A stretch of 33,654 nucleotides of DNA from an uncultured Gammaproteobacteria bacterium. GTDB taxonomy: Bacteria; Patescibacteriota; Patescibacteriia; Patescibacteriales; UBA12465. Each line of letters starts with the position of its first letter. The stretch's first letter is position 1. Below are positions 25,278 to 32,740 of the stretch, in pieces. The position numbers and the translations under genes are program-made. The stretch spans positions 1 to 33,654 of the forward strand of contig CAZHYP010000002.1 of the NCBI GenBank assembly GCA_964536885.1. Direction: 5' to 3'. Below the pieces are notes generated by a model. That model had not been told where the DNA came from. It searched no databases and saw only the letters and a program-made list of their open reading frames with translations.

Positions 25278-25361
25278 GGGCGGATGGTGAAATTGGTAGA
25301 CACGCAAGCTTGAGGGGCTTGTGACCGCAAGGTCGTGGAGGTTCAAATCCTCTTTCGCCCA
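25278..25361 (+). tRNA. tRNA-Leu (anticodon GAG)
   Basis: Class II tRNA: acceptor GGGCGGA/TTCGCCC, anticodon stem-loop CAAGC-TTGAGGG-GCTTG, long variable arm, T-arm GGAGG-TTCAAAT-CCTCT. Confidence 0.85.
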
Positions 25362-25394
25362 CAAGCCTAAAATATGGCAGTATTCTGCCTTTAA

Positions 25395-25468
25395 GGGCGC
25401 ATAGCTCAGCTGGTTAGAGCACTTCGTTTACACCGAAGGGGTCCAGGGTTCGAATCCTTGTGCGCCCA
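25395..25468 (+). tRNA. tRNA-Val (anticodon TAC)
   Basis: Acceptor GGGCGCA/TGCGCCC, anticodon stem-loop CTTCG-TTTACAC-CGAAG, T-arm CAGGG-TTCGAAT-CCTTG. Confidence 0.9.
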
Positions 25469-25476
25469 CCCTAATA

Positions 25477-25503
25477 AAAAGCAACCCGTTTGGGTTGTTT
25501 TTT
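25477..25503 (+). repeat. direct repeat L = intrinsic terminator of tRNA-Val (AAAAGCAACCCGTTTGGGTTGTTTTTT)
   Basis: Hairpin CAACCC-GTTT-GGGTTG plus T6. Repeated with one mismatch at 29814-29841. Confidence 0.8.
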
Positions 25504-25559
25504 GTTATATTAAGAAATTTTTTTATTTAAGTTCAATAAATTATTGGGTTTTAGTGTAA

Positions 25560-25583
25560 CAAAAAATCCAGCAGTTGCTGGAT
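25560..25583 (-). terminator. intrinsic terminator of the M-R-ATPase operon
   Basis: Minus strand: AUCCAGCA/UGCUGGAU stem followed by U6. Lies 22 nt after the ATPase stop codon. Confidence 0.75.
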
Positions 25584-25604
25584 TATTGTGAATTTTTTGT
25601 TTAT

Positions 25605-27767
25605 CTAGAGACTCTTTATATCTGTATATAAGTTTTTTAGATGTTCATCTGACATGTCTAATAGAGGCTCATACATAAAAGAATTTAAGTGAATGTTTTC
25701 TGGTGTCATTAAATTAACCTGATCAAGTATTTTTATTTTTTCTTCTTCTGTGGTTCCATATTCCTGTTTAAATCTGTCAAATAACACGCGGGTCTGATAT
25801 TTAGCGATTGGTGTTTTATCTGATATTCTACTTAATATATATTTTTCAGCCTGCAATCTTATTGCCATTGATAATATTATTTTATTTTCTAGGTTTATTC
25901 CATTTGTTGCCGTCAAACAATCATCAGCTAATTCAAAAATTAGCTCTATTACTTTTTTTGTTTTATTTGTAAAATTTATCGTTAAATTTGGAAAATTTTG
26001 TTTATATATATCTTCTAAATCACCTTTTGTTATATCTTCCGACGTATCTTTTATGTGTAATACAGAAGTGAGTGTTAAAAAAGATGTGTCCGCTGCTCCT
26101 TTTGTATATTCTATAATATTTCTAACAAATGCTAATGAAGCTATAAACTTTTTGTCTTGGTCAAGATGCCCCATGAAATCCTCAAAAGGTTTAAAATGTT
26201 CAGCTCTTACAAGTTTTGTTTCATCCTTTGTTTTTTCAACCATTAAACAATGTCCATCTCTGGATATATTTAATCTCTCTTTTGCTGTTCTAAAAAAATC
26301 AAAATTATGTGTTAAAATTATGTGAAAAAAATGATCACTTTCTGTCATCTCTTTTAGGTATGCTATGATTGCATATTTATTTTGATAATCAAATGAATCG
26401 GCAATATCATCAATTATAAATAAGGTTTTTTGGTTATCCTTCATTCTGGCTTGTACTTCAAATATTATATTCAACAAGTATAAGGCTCTTTTTTCTCCGC
26501 CACTTAATATTTTTATTAATTCTTTTTGTTCAACTGGAGCTTCGTCTCCTCCATCATTTTCTTTAAATACAAAAGAAATAGTTGGCGTATCCGTCCCAAG
26601 TATGGCATCTTCTTGATTTTGTATCATTAATCTAAATGGAACAAAAAATCTTTTATTATATGTATCTATAACTCTTGCCCAATCAGTAGCCTCTAACTTC
26701 GCTTGTTTTATGATTTCATCAATATCCTTTTTACTTTCAGTGTATTTATTTAATAAATTTGTGTATAGTTCGGTGTTGCTTTTTAAATATGATATCCAAA
26801 GTTTTTGTCTAAAGCCGGCAATATTTTCTAATTCAGTAATAATTTTTTCATTTTCGATTAAGTATGTTCTAAAATTTCTTAACTCAGCATTTTTTATTAA
26901 AGCTTTTTCTATATCATTAAATGCTTTAACGAGTGCCGGGTTATTTAAAATTGATGTTTTTTCTTCTTCAATAACTTTTTCTAATTCTTCTTCTGATCCG
27001 ATTTGTTTGTCATCAGCATCTTTGCCATGTAAAAAAACTGAGTGTTCTGCAGCAAAAAAACCATTTTCTACAAGATTCTTTGCTATTGTGGACGCATTAT
27101 TATGATTAAAAACACCTTTTTTAAAGTATTGAGATGCTTCCACTAGCTCATTATATTTATTAATATAGTCTAAGAGCTTAGTTTTAAAATCTTTTGTTTC
27201 TAAAAAAGACAGAACTTTTTCATTAAAAATTTCTTTATATACTATATCTGAAAACAAAGGCACTGTTTTGTCGGTAACTCTTGGTTGAGTACTTTCAAGC
27301 GCCACTAAAAAAGATTCGGTGTTATGAATAAATGCATCAGATATTTCATTCTCTATTCCGCTCTTAAGTCCACTCAATTGTTTTAATTCTGTTATTAACT
27401 TATCTTTTTCTTTGTTTATTTCTTCGTGTATTAAATCGTACTTATCTTTAAGGGTTTTATTTACTAATAGTGTAGATAGCTTTTCTGATTTAAAGAATTC
27501 GTTGTATGAGTCTATTACAAAGACTTCACCTGGCAATAGGTTTTGTCCGTTTTCTTTTTTAATATCTCTTTTTGGTATTCTCGAGGGAAATATTCTGTCT
27601 TTAGAAAGAGCATTGTTCTCTAAATCAGAAAAAGTATTTGCGAATGATGTTTTCATTGCTCCATTTGGGGCATAAATTATAAAAGAATGTCCATCTGAAA
27701 AATCAAATGATGTTTCTAATTTTTTTATTCCGTAGCAATTTTCTAGTAATAAGTTTAATTTTTCCAT
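25605..27767 (-). CDS. PrrC/RloC-like (AAA_13-type) ABC ATPase with degenerate Walker A and an uncharacterised C-terminal domain
   Basis: 720 aa. Walker A-like YAPNGAMKTS (aa 32-41), about 380 aa of helical insertion, ABC signature LSGGEKRALYLL (421-432), Walker B/D-loop LFIIDDIADSFD (449-460), H-loop ILTHNFDFF (484-492), then about 220 aa of C-terminal domain. Confidence 0.6.
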   Translation of the reverse strand: MEKLNLLLENCYGIKKLETSFDFSDGHSFIIYAPNGAMKTSFANTFSDLENNALSKDRIFPSRIPKRDIKKENGQNLLPGEVFVIDSYNEFFKSEKLSTLLVNKTLKDKYDLIHEEINKEKDKLITELKQLSGLKSGIENEISDAFIHNTESFLVALESTQPRVTDKTVPLFSDIVYKEIFNEKVLSFLETKDFKTKLLDYINKYNELVEASQYFKKGVFNHNNASTIAKNLVENGFFAAEHSVFLHGKDADDKQIGSEEELEKVIEEEKTSILNNPALVKAFNDIEKALIKNAELRNFRTYLIENEKIITELENIAGFRQKLWISYLKSNTELYTNLLNKYTESKKDIDEIIKQAKLEATDWARVIDTYNKRFFVPFRLMIQNQEDAILGTDTPTISFVFKENDGGDEAPVEQKELIKILSGGEKRALYLLNIIFEVQARMKDNQKTLFIIDDIADSFDYQNKYAIIAYLKEMTESDHFFHIILTHNFDFFRTAKERLNISRDGHCLMVEKTKDETKLVRAEHFKPFEDFMGHLDQDKKFIASLAFVRNIIEYTKGAADTSFLTLTSVLHIKDTSEDITKGDLEDIYKQNFPNLTINFTNKTKKVIELIFELADDCLTATNGINLENKIILSMAIRLQAEKYILSRISDKTPIAKYQTRVLFDRFKQEYGTTEEEKIKILDQVNLMTPENIHLNSFMYEPLLDMSDEHLKNLYTDIKSL

Positions 27768-27768
27768 A

Positions 27769-28845
27769 TTATCTTATAAATCTTATCTGTAGATTTAATT
27801 TTATATATAATTCACCATTTTCTTGATAAATTTTACCAAAGCCATGTTTATGAGTGCCCCCTGTTTCGAATTTTGTATTTTTAAATAAATAATCTTGAAA
27901 AGAGTCCATATTATAGAGATGATAACAGACCACATCCCCATCTTCTTTTACTATTAAATACCCACCATGAGCTGTATTAAGCCCATCCCATTCTTTGCTG
28001 GGCATCATACCAAGAGCAACTGCACGCAAAAAAGTTTTTATTTTATATTCAAAATCACTTGCTGTTAAATCGTATTTATCTTTTAAATATTGGTTACTTG
28101 CAAGGAGTTCGCAAATTGTTTGTAAATTTGAACTCTCTCCTCTATAAAAACAATTTAAAGCTGTAGCAATTATTTCTGGAAATACTATATCTATTTTTCT
28201 TAGATTATTCTTGAATTTAGAATTTGCCATTGAGTAAAATGATAAGATTCCTCCAGATGCTTCAATTGCTTTAATTTTATCTACAACCTTTGACCCTCCG
28301 TCAATTTGGTTTATTTCAGTATAGTTACCAATAAAATTATTTATTTTATAAATGAAATTTGTGGCCCCAGAAGCATTTAAAAGTGTAGCTGGCGCCCCGA
28401 GCATAGATTTTATACTAAATCCCAGATCTACAATCATAGGAGAGCCACACTCTCTTACTTTTGCTGTTAAGTCTGCTTTATGGCTATTTCCAGCTTTTAT
28501 TTGTGAGCACCCTAATTCTGTCATTAATTCTTCTGCCAACGGAACAGAAAATGCGCCAGTAGATTCTTTTATTGTTTCAAATATTCTACTTATGCAAGAC
28601 TTAATTTTTGTTTGGTTTACAGCACCAATAATTGTTTTATCTAATTTTGTTATTTCAATATTTTCACCATTGAACTTATATAATTTTCCAGTCTGGCCAG
28701 GCTCTTCTCTTAGAACCCCGATAACAGGGTAATGTTTGTCATTTATTCTATTTAATTCTGAGTCAGCAAAAAAAAGCTTTCTTTCATCAAGAACTTTTAG
28801 AAAAGTATAAATCTCGCTCCATTCACCCTTATTACCCTTTATCAT
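27769..28845 (-). CDS. type II restriction endonuclease, probably HpaII family
   Basis: 358 aa. The N-terminus MIKGNKGEWSEIYTFLKVLDERKLFFAD resembles, from memory, the N-terminus of HpaII-family enzymes. Overlaps the upstream C5-MTase gene by 14 nt. Family call unverified. Confidence 0.5.
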   Translation of the reverse strand: MIKGNKGEWSEIYTFLKVLDERKLFFADSELNRINDKHYPVIGVLREEPGQTGKLYKFNGENIEITKLDKTIIGAVNQTKIKSCISRIFETIKESTGAFSVPLAEELMTELGCSQIKAGNSHKADLTAKVRECGSPMIVDLGFSIKSMLGAPATLLNASGATNFIYKINNFIGNYTEINQIDGGSKVVDKIKAIEASGGILSFYSMANSKFKNNLRKIDIVFPEIIATALNCFYRGESSNLQTICELLASNQYLKDKYDLTASDFEYKIKTFLRAVALGMMPSKEWDGLNTAHGGYLIVKEDGDVVCYHLYNMDSFQDYLFKNTKFETGGTHKHGFGKIYQENGELYIKLNLQIRFIR

Positions 28846-29722
28846 ATTTCTTTAAGGTGTTGATGATTTGTTTAGCGTAGGCTGTTATAGCCGGAACAGC
28901 AACGGCATTGCCTAGCTGTTTCATGGCTTGGGAGTTGGTAACAGGAAAAATATAGTCTTCTGGAAAGCCCATCATTCTTTTTCCCTCTGTTGGCATTAGT
29001 CTTTTTACTTCGCCATCCACTATGTATGAATCCCAATTATGTCTATCTCCTATTTTAGATCCTCGCCCACCAACTCTTAATGTATATCCTATCTTCTTTT
29101 CGCATTTCCCTTTGAAAATATCGTCCATAGTCTTTTTTAATTCTGTTGGTTCTGGAAATTCGAATTTAATATCTTTATCTTTGAAACCAACCATAAACAA
29201 ACGTGGTCTATGTTGTGGCACACCGAAATCTGAAGCTTTAACTATTTTGTAATAAAAAGAATAGCCAAGGTCTTTTTCTATAGTTTTTTTGATAGTGGCA
29301 AAAGTTTTCCCGTCATCATGGTTTAGTAAATGTCTGACATTTTCAAGAAAAAATGCTTTTGGTTTTTTTTCTTTTATAATGTCAGCTATGTGAAAAAACA
29401 AGTTTCCACGGTCATCTTTAAAGCCCTTTTTAAAGCCAGATTGACTAAATGGCTGACAAGGAAAGCCTCCGCAAATAACATCAAAATCAGGTATATCTTT
29501 AGGAATTACCTTAGTTATATCTCCAACAAATTTATCTTCTTTAAATATTTTTGGTGATTTTTTTTCGAAGTTAGCTTTATAGGTTTTTCTGGCTGATTCG
29601 TCCCATTCGGACACAAAAACACATTCAGCCCCAGCATCATCAAAGGCTAAATGAAAACCACCTATACCAGCAAATAAATCAATAAATTTATAGCTTTTCT
29701 TATTTTTTATGGTCTTTTTCAT
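28832..29722 (-). CDS. DNA (cytosine-5)-methyltransferase
   Basis: 296 aa with C5-MTase motifs in canonical order: I FIDLFAGIGGF, IV GGFPCQPFS, VI FLENV, VIII QHRPRLFMVGF, IX/X MGFPEDY...QLGNAVAVP. Compact target-recognition region. Confidence 0.9.
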   Translation of the reverse strand: MKKTIKNKKSYKFIDLFAGIGGFHLAFDDAGAECVFVSEWDESARKTYKANFEKKSPKIFKEDKFVGDITKVIPKDIPDFDVICGGFPCQPFSQSGFKKGFKDDRGNLFFHIADIIKEKKPKAFFLENVRHLLNHDDGKTFATIKKTIEKDLGYSFYYKIVKASDFGVPQHRPRLFMVGFKDKDIKFEFPEPTELKKTMDDIFKGKCEKKIGYTLRVGGRGSKIGDRHNWDSYIVDGEVKRLMPTEGKRMMGFPEDYIFPVTNSQAMKQLGNAVAVPAITAYAKQIINTLKKYDKG

Positions 29723-29813
29723 AATATTTTTTATAAAATTAGTATATCATTTTTTTTGTTTTATATCTATTTTCCTTCCACCTACATTTTTGTTGTGTTT
29801 TTCACCTTAAAAC

Positions 29814-29841
29814 AAAAGCACCCCGTTTGGGTTGTTTTTTT
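29814..29841 (+). repeat. direct repeat R (AAAAGCACCCCGTTTGGGTTGTTTTTTT), degenerate copy of the tRNA-Val terminator
   Basis: One A-to-C mismatch relative to 25477-25503, which weakens the stem. No upstream plus-strand gene that it could terminate. Confidence 0.8.
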
Positions 29842-29867
29842 ATGCTTTTCCTTTTACAATTAAAACC

Positions 29868-30281
29868 ATGAAGGAATATATTACTCACAGTCCTGAAGAA
29901 ACAGCTGCTTTAGGAGAAAAAATTGGACAATCTTGCCAAGGAGGTGAGGTAATTTTGTTATTGGGTAATTTAGGGGCTGGTAAAACTTGTTTTACCCAAG
30001 GACTGGCAAAAGGTTTGGGCGTTAAAGGACCGGTAAATAGTCCAACTTTTAATTTAATGAAAGTTTATAAAATTAAAACTGGAGTATTGTGTCACATTGA
30101 TGCTTATCGCTTAGACTCCGGCAACGATTTAATTGCTATTGGGCTCGATGATTATTTAAAAAAGAAAGACGCCATTGTGGTTATTGAATGGGCAGAGCGT
30201 GTCAAAGATATTTGGCCAAAAAATAAAATCAAAATTGAATTTAAAAATTTTAAAGACGGACGTAAAATAAAAATATTTTAA
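29868..30281 (+). CDS. tsaE: tRNA threonylcarbamoyladenosine biosynthesis ATPase TsaE
   Basis: GNLGAGKTCFTQGLAKGLGV...VNSPTFNLMKVY...HIDAYRL...IEWAE. Start placed at ATG 29868, because the TTG at 29832 lies inside repeat R. Confidence 0.9.
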   Translation: MKEYITHSPEETAALGEKIGQSCQGGEVILLLGNLGAGKTCFTQGLAKGLGVKGPVNSPTFNLMKVYKIKTGVLCHIDAYRLDSGNDLIAIGLDDYLKKKDAIVVIEWAERVKDIWPKNKIKIEFKNFKDGRKIKIF

Positions 30282-30293
30282 AAAGACCCAAAC

Positions 30294-30755
30294 TTACTTC
30301 GGGTCTTTTTTAATAAGAGAAATAAATAGTGTAATTGAACAAATACTAATTAGAGCATCGGCGATATTAAAAATCGTAAACCATCTTAGGTCTAAATAAT
30401 CAATTACAAAACCATACTGAAGACGATCAATTAAATTACTGATGGCACCCAGCAATATACCAAAAAAGCTAATAAATTCAAGGGTTTTTAGACGGTTATA
30501 ATTTAAAATTATAAAAATAATAATCGCAATAATTATTCCACCAATTAAAAAATTAAGATACTGACCGCCAAGAGGTAGAGAAAAAGCGATATTATAATTA
30601 GGAACAAAATTAAAATTTAAGAGATTGGGAATTATTGTTTTTTCGCTTGAGTTAAGCGCTAGCAGTTTCAAAAATCTATCCAACATAAAAAATATAGCCA
30701 GAGCAAATAGCCAGGCTATATTTATTATAAGAAGTTTTAAAATTTTGTTATTCAT
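30294..30755 (-). CDS. lspA: lipoprotein signal peptidase II
   Basis: NYNIAFSLPLGG and GAISNLIDRLQYGFVIDYLDL...FNIADALI motifs. Start at ATG 30755 forms the overlap ATGAATAA with the dksA-like stop; alternative start at 30782. Confidence 0.88.
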   Translation of the reverse strand: MNNKILKLLIINIAWLFALAIFFMLDRFLKLLALNSSEKTIIPNLLNFNFVPNYNIAFSLPLGGQYLNFLIGGIIIAIIIFIILNYNRLKTLEFISFFGILLGAISNLIDRLQYGFVIDYLDLRWFTIFNIADALISICSITLFISLIKKDPK

Positions 30756-31131
30756 TTTCTTGTAATTCTGTTTTACAAGCAATACAAGCGCTAGCCACTG
30801 GACGAGCCATTAAACGTTTGGCGCTAATTGGTTTGTGACAATATTTACAAACACCGTAAGTGCCATTTTCAATTCTCTTTAGAGCACCATCAATGTCCTC
30901 TAGAGTTTTTTCCAAAACTTTCTCAGTCATTAAACTAGTTGAATAGTCAGTAATTTCTTGAGCGTTTTCATCTGGCTTATAACCATATTCTGGAAACTTA
31001 GCACCCAAAGAATCAGCGTCATGATTGTCTTGTTTTGATACTTCAAGCAGAGCAGTTTTAATCTGTTCTTTTCTAGCAATAAGGTCATTTTTAATTTGAT
31101 CAATCGTTTCTTTAGTTAATTCTTGTCCCAT
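30748..31131 (-). CDS. DksA/TraR-family C4 zinc-finger protein
   Basis: 127 aa. N-terminal coiled coil, then GTYGVCKYCHKPISAKRLMARPVASACIACK (CxxC-N17-CxxC). Confidence 0.8.
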   Translation of the reverse strand: MGQELTKETIDQIKNDLIARKEQIKTALLEVSKQDNHDADSLGAKFPEYGYKPDENAQEITDYSTSLMTEKVLEKTLEDIDGALKRIENGTYGVCKYCHKPISAKRLMARPVASACIACKTELQENE

Positions 31132-31222
31132 ATTTTTGGAGTTATTTTCTAGTAAAAATTAAACCGCCAAGTGGCGGAATAAGATTTATGTAACACTTTA
31201 ATTATATGGCATTTATAGGGGT

Positions 31223-31251
31223 TTGACAAGATATAAGGGCTTTGCTATTAT
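31223..31251 (+). promoter_or_regulatory. sigma70-like promoter of tRNA-Asp
   Basis: TTGACA, 17-nt spacer, TATTAT. About 40 nt upstream of the tRNA. Confidence 0.5.
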
Positions 31252-31293
31252 TTCCTTGTTGACCCTAGTAAAAATGGTCAATTTTTCAAATCT

Positions 31294-31370
31294 GGAGTGG
31301 TAGCTCAGTTGGTTAGAGCGCCTGCCTGTCACGCAGGAGGTCGCGGGTTCGAGTCCCGTCCATTCCGCCA
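31294..31370 (+). tRNA. tRNA-Asp (anticodon GTC), CCA encoded
   Basis: Acceptor GGAGTGG/CCATTCC, anticodon stem-loop CCTGC-CTGTCAC-GCAGG, T-arm GCGGG-TTCGAGT-CCCGT, discriminator G plus CCA. Confidence 0.9.
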
Positions 31371-31373
31371 GTT

Positions 31374-31406
31374 AAAAGACTCAAAATTATTTTTGGGTCT
31401 TTTTTG
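31374..31406 (+). terminator. intrinsic terminator after tRNA-Asp
   Basis: AAAGACTCAAAA-TTAT-TTTTGGGTCTTT plus a T-run. Confidence 0.75.
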
Positions 31407-31458
31407 TTACCCCGTGGTATAATAAAAAGATAAACGAACTTTAAAAAAGGAGGGCAAC

Positions 31459-31953
31459 ATGAAAACACAATTGGACTCTTTTCTGAATAATTTCAGTGAC
31501 TGGCACAACGAAGAAGATAGAGTACGCATTTTTTCAGAAGATATAGAAAGACTCAAAAGCATGGATGATACAAAACGCCTAGATTTTCAGGACAAACTGA
31601 CACTGGCTATTTCAGATAGTATGTCTTATGTCAGAGAGTTTGCGATTGATCCGGTAACTTTAAACAGTTTAGTGTGCAATCATTTCTCTGCCTGTCCAGA
31701 CGGGGTTAGACAAGAATTGTTAAAAAGCATTTGCTTAACCGAAAATTTGGGCACTAATGAAAAAAATGAACGAATCAGAGGATTTGTTTGCGGAACTGTT
31801 TTTCCTGAAGTGGATAATTTTAAGACTCCAATCTTAAGAATTAATTCAGGTAACAGATCTCTTGCTGGAAGTCCGGTCAAAAACATGATCTTGGCAGCTA
31901 TGGAATCTAAAAAAGTAATTTTTTTGGATTATTTCGGACACCCAGTGTTATAA
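31459..31953 (+). CDS. hypothetical cytoplasmic protein, no recognisable family
   Basis: 164-aa ORF preceded by a strong SD (AAAGGAGGG, 4 nt before the ATG) and followed by a terminator. No TM helix or signal peptide. Confidence 0.45.
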   Translation: MKTQLDSFLNNFSDWHNEEDRVRIFSEDIERLKSMDDTKRLDFQDKLTLAISDSMSYVREFAIDPVTLNSLVCNHFSACPDGVRQELLKSICLTENLGTNEKNERIRGFVCGTVFPEVDNFKTPILRINSGNRSLAGSPVKNMILAAMESKKVIFLDYFGHPVL

Positions 31954-31962
31954 ACAAACCCG

Positions 31963-31986
31963 GCCAGTAGAAAATACTGGCTTTTT
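31963..31986 (+). terminator. intrinsic terminator
   Basis: GCCAGTA-GAAAA-TACTGGC followed by T5. Confidence 0.8.
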
Positions 31987-32020
31987 GTTTGACATTACGG
32001 TTAGCTTTGATAATATTAAA

Positions 32021-32127
32021 ATAGAGACTGTGAAGGACCACAAAAAGAGCCCTGCGATGATGCGTTCCATCTGGGTCAGTGATATCCTCTAATACACTCT
32101 CATGCCCATTCTTGAAATGGGCTTTTT
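32021..32127 (+). ncRNA. candidate small RNA or cis-acting leader (about 105 nt), family unknown
   Basis: Promoter TTGACA (31989-31994), 16-nt spacer, TAATAT (32011-32016). Terminator GCCCATT-CTTGA-AATGGGC plus T5 (32104-32127). No credible ORF in between. Confidence 0.35.
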
Positions 32128-32171
32128 CATACCCTCTTGACATAAATGTTAGAATAATATAACATAGAAAT

Positions 32172-32738
32172 ATGTTAATTAATTCTAACAAATTTATGAA
32201 TCAAAAAACTTATCAAACTTGGCGAATTATCATTGTCTTTGTGTTAGCGATGGTGTTTAGCCAATCAATTGTTCGTGGTGATTATATCATCCCCTTGGTA
32301 TCAATGACGGTTGCCTCTTTGTTGCTTTGGTATCTGCGTAGTCGAGTCAAAGGCATTTTAGCTGATGAACGTGACTATACTTTAGCCGGTAAAGCTGCCT
32401 TGCTGTCTATTCAGGTGTTTGGTTGGCTAGCTTCGATGGCCACTTTGTTTCTTTATTCCCAAAGAGCGGTTAATCCAATGTATGAACCAATTGGGCTTAC
32501 CCTTTCTTATTCCGTTTTGTTTTTATTTTTGGTTTACGGAATTACTTTTCGCTATTATAATAAATTTAAATTTGATAAGAAAAAATTATTTTTATTTTTA
32601 GCTTTTTTAGCAATATTTATTGTTGCTATTATTGGACTGAGACTTTTTTCTGGTGAAGATAATTGGGTGTGTCAAAACGGCGCTTGGCAAAAGCACGGAC
32701 AACCAGATTTTCCAGCACCAACTACTGAATGCAAATAA
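32172..32738 (+). CDS. DUF2178-like four-helix membrane protein
   Basis: 188 aa with four hydrophobic helices and a Cys-containing tail [25 protein letters not shown]. Immediately followed by a small XRE regulator, a pairing I recall for DUF2178. Alternative start at 32196. Confidence 0.4.
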   Translation: MLINSNKFMNQKTYQTWRIIIVFVLAMVFSQSIVRGDYIIPLVSMTVASLLLWYLRSRVKGILADERDYTLAGKAALLSIQVFGWLASMATLFLYSQRAVNPMYEPIGLTLSYSVLFLFLVYGITFRYYNKFKFDKKKLFLFLAFLAIFIVAIIGLRLFSGEDNWVCQNGAWQKHGQPDFPAPTTECK

Positions 32739-32740
32739 TT

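Larger units (their letters stand above)
25504..29813. mobile_element. putative horizontally acquired defence island (M-R-ATPase operon); no integrase or transposase
   Basis: Bracketed by 27-nt direct repeats. Inserted directly 3' of a tRNA gene. Visibly more AT-rich than the flanks. Encodes RM and ATPase genes only. Confidence 0.5.

Noticed and set aside
26053-27675. Three plus-strand ORFs (26053-26325, 26710-27105, 27412-27675) inside the ATPase gene. Similar ones lie in the REase (28352-28732) and MTase (29022-29252, 29330-29557) genes.
   Set aside because: They give Phe/Ser/Ile-rich translations typical of the antisense of AT-rich lysine/glutamate-rich genes. The minus-strand genes carry clear catalytic motifs.
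31164-31177. GC hairpin CCGCC-AAGT-GGCGG upstream of the dksA-like gene.
   Set aside because: It would be terminator-like on the minus strand, but no upstream minus-strand gene exists. It is probably just 5' UTR structure, and there is insufficient evidence for a call.
31907-32191. 94-aa minus-strand ORF.
   Set aside because: It spans two plus-strand intrinsic terminators and two promoters and has no features of its own. The region is better explained as the sRNA/leader candidate.
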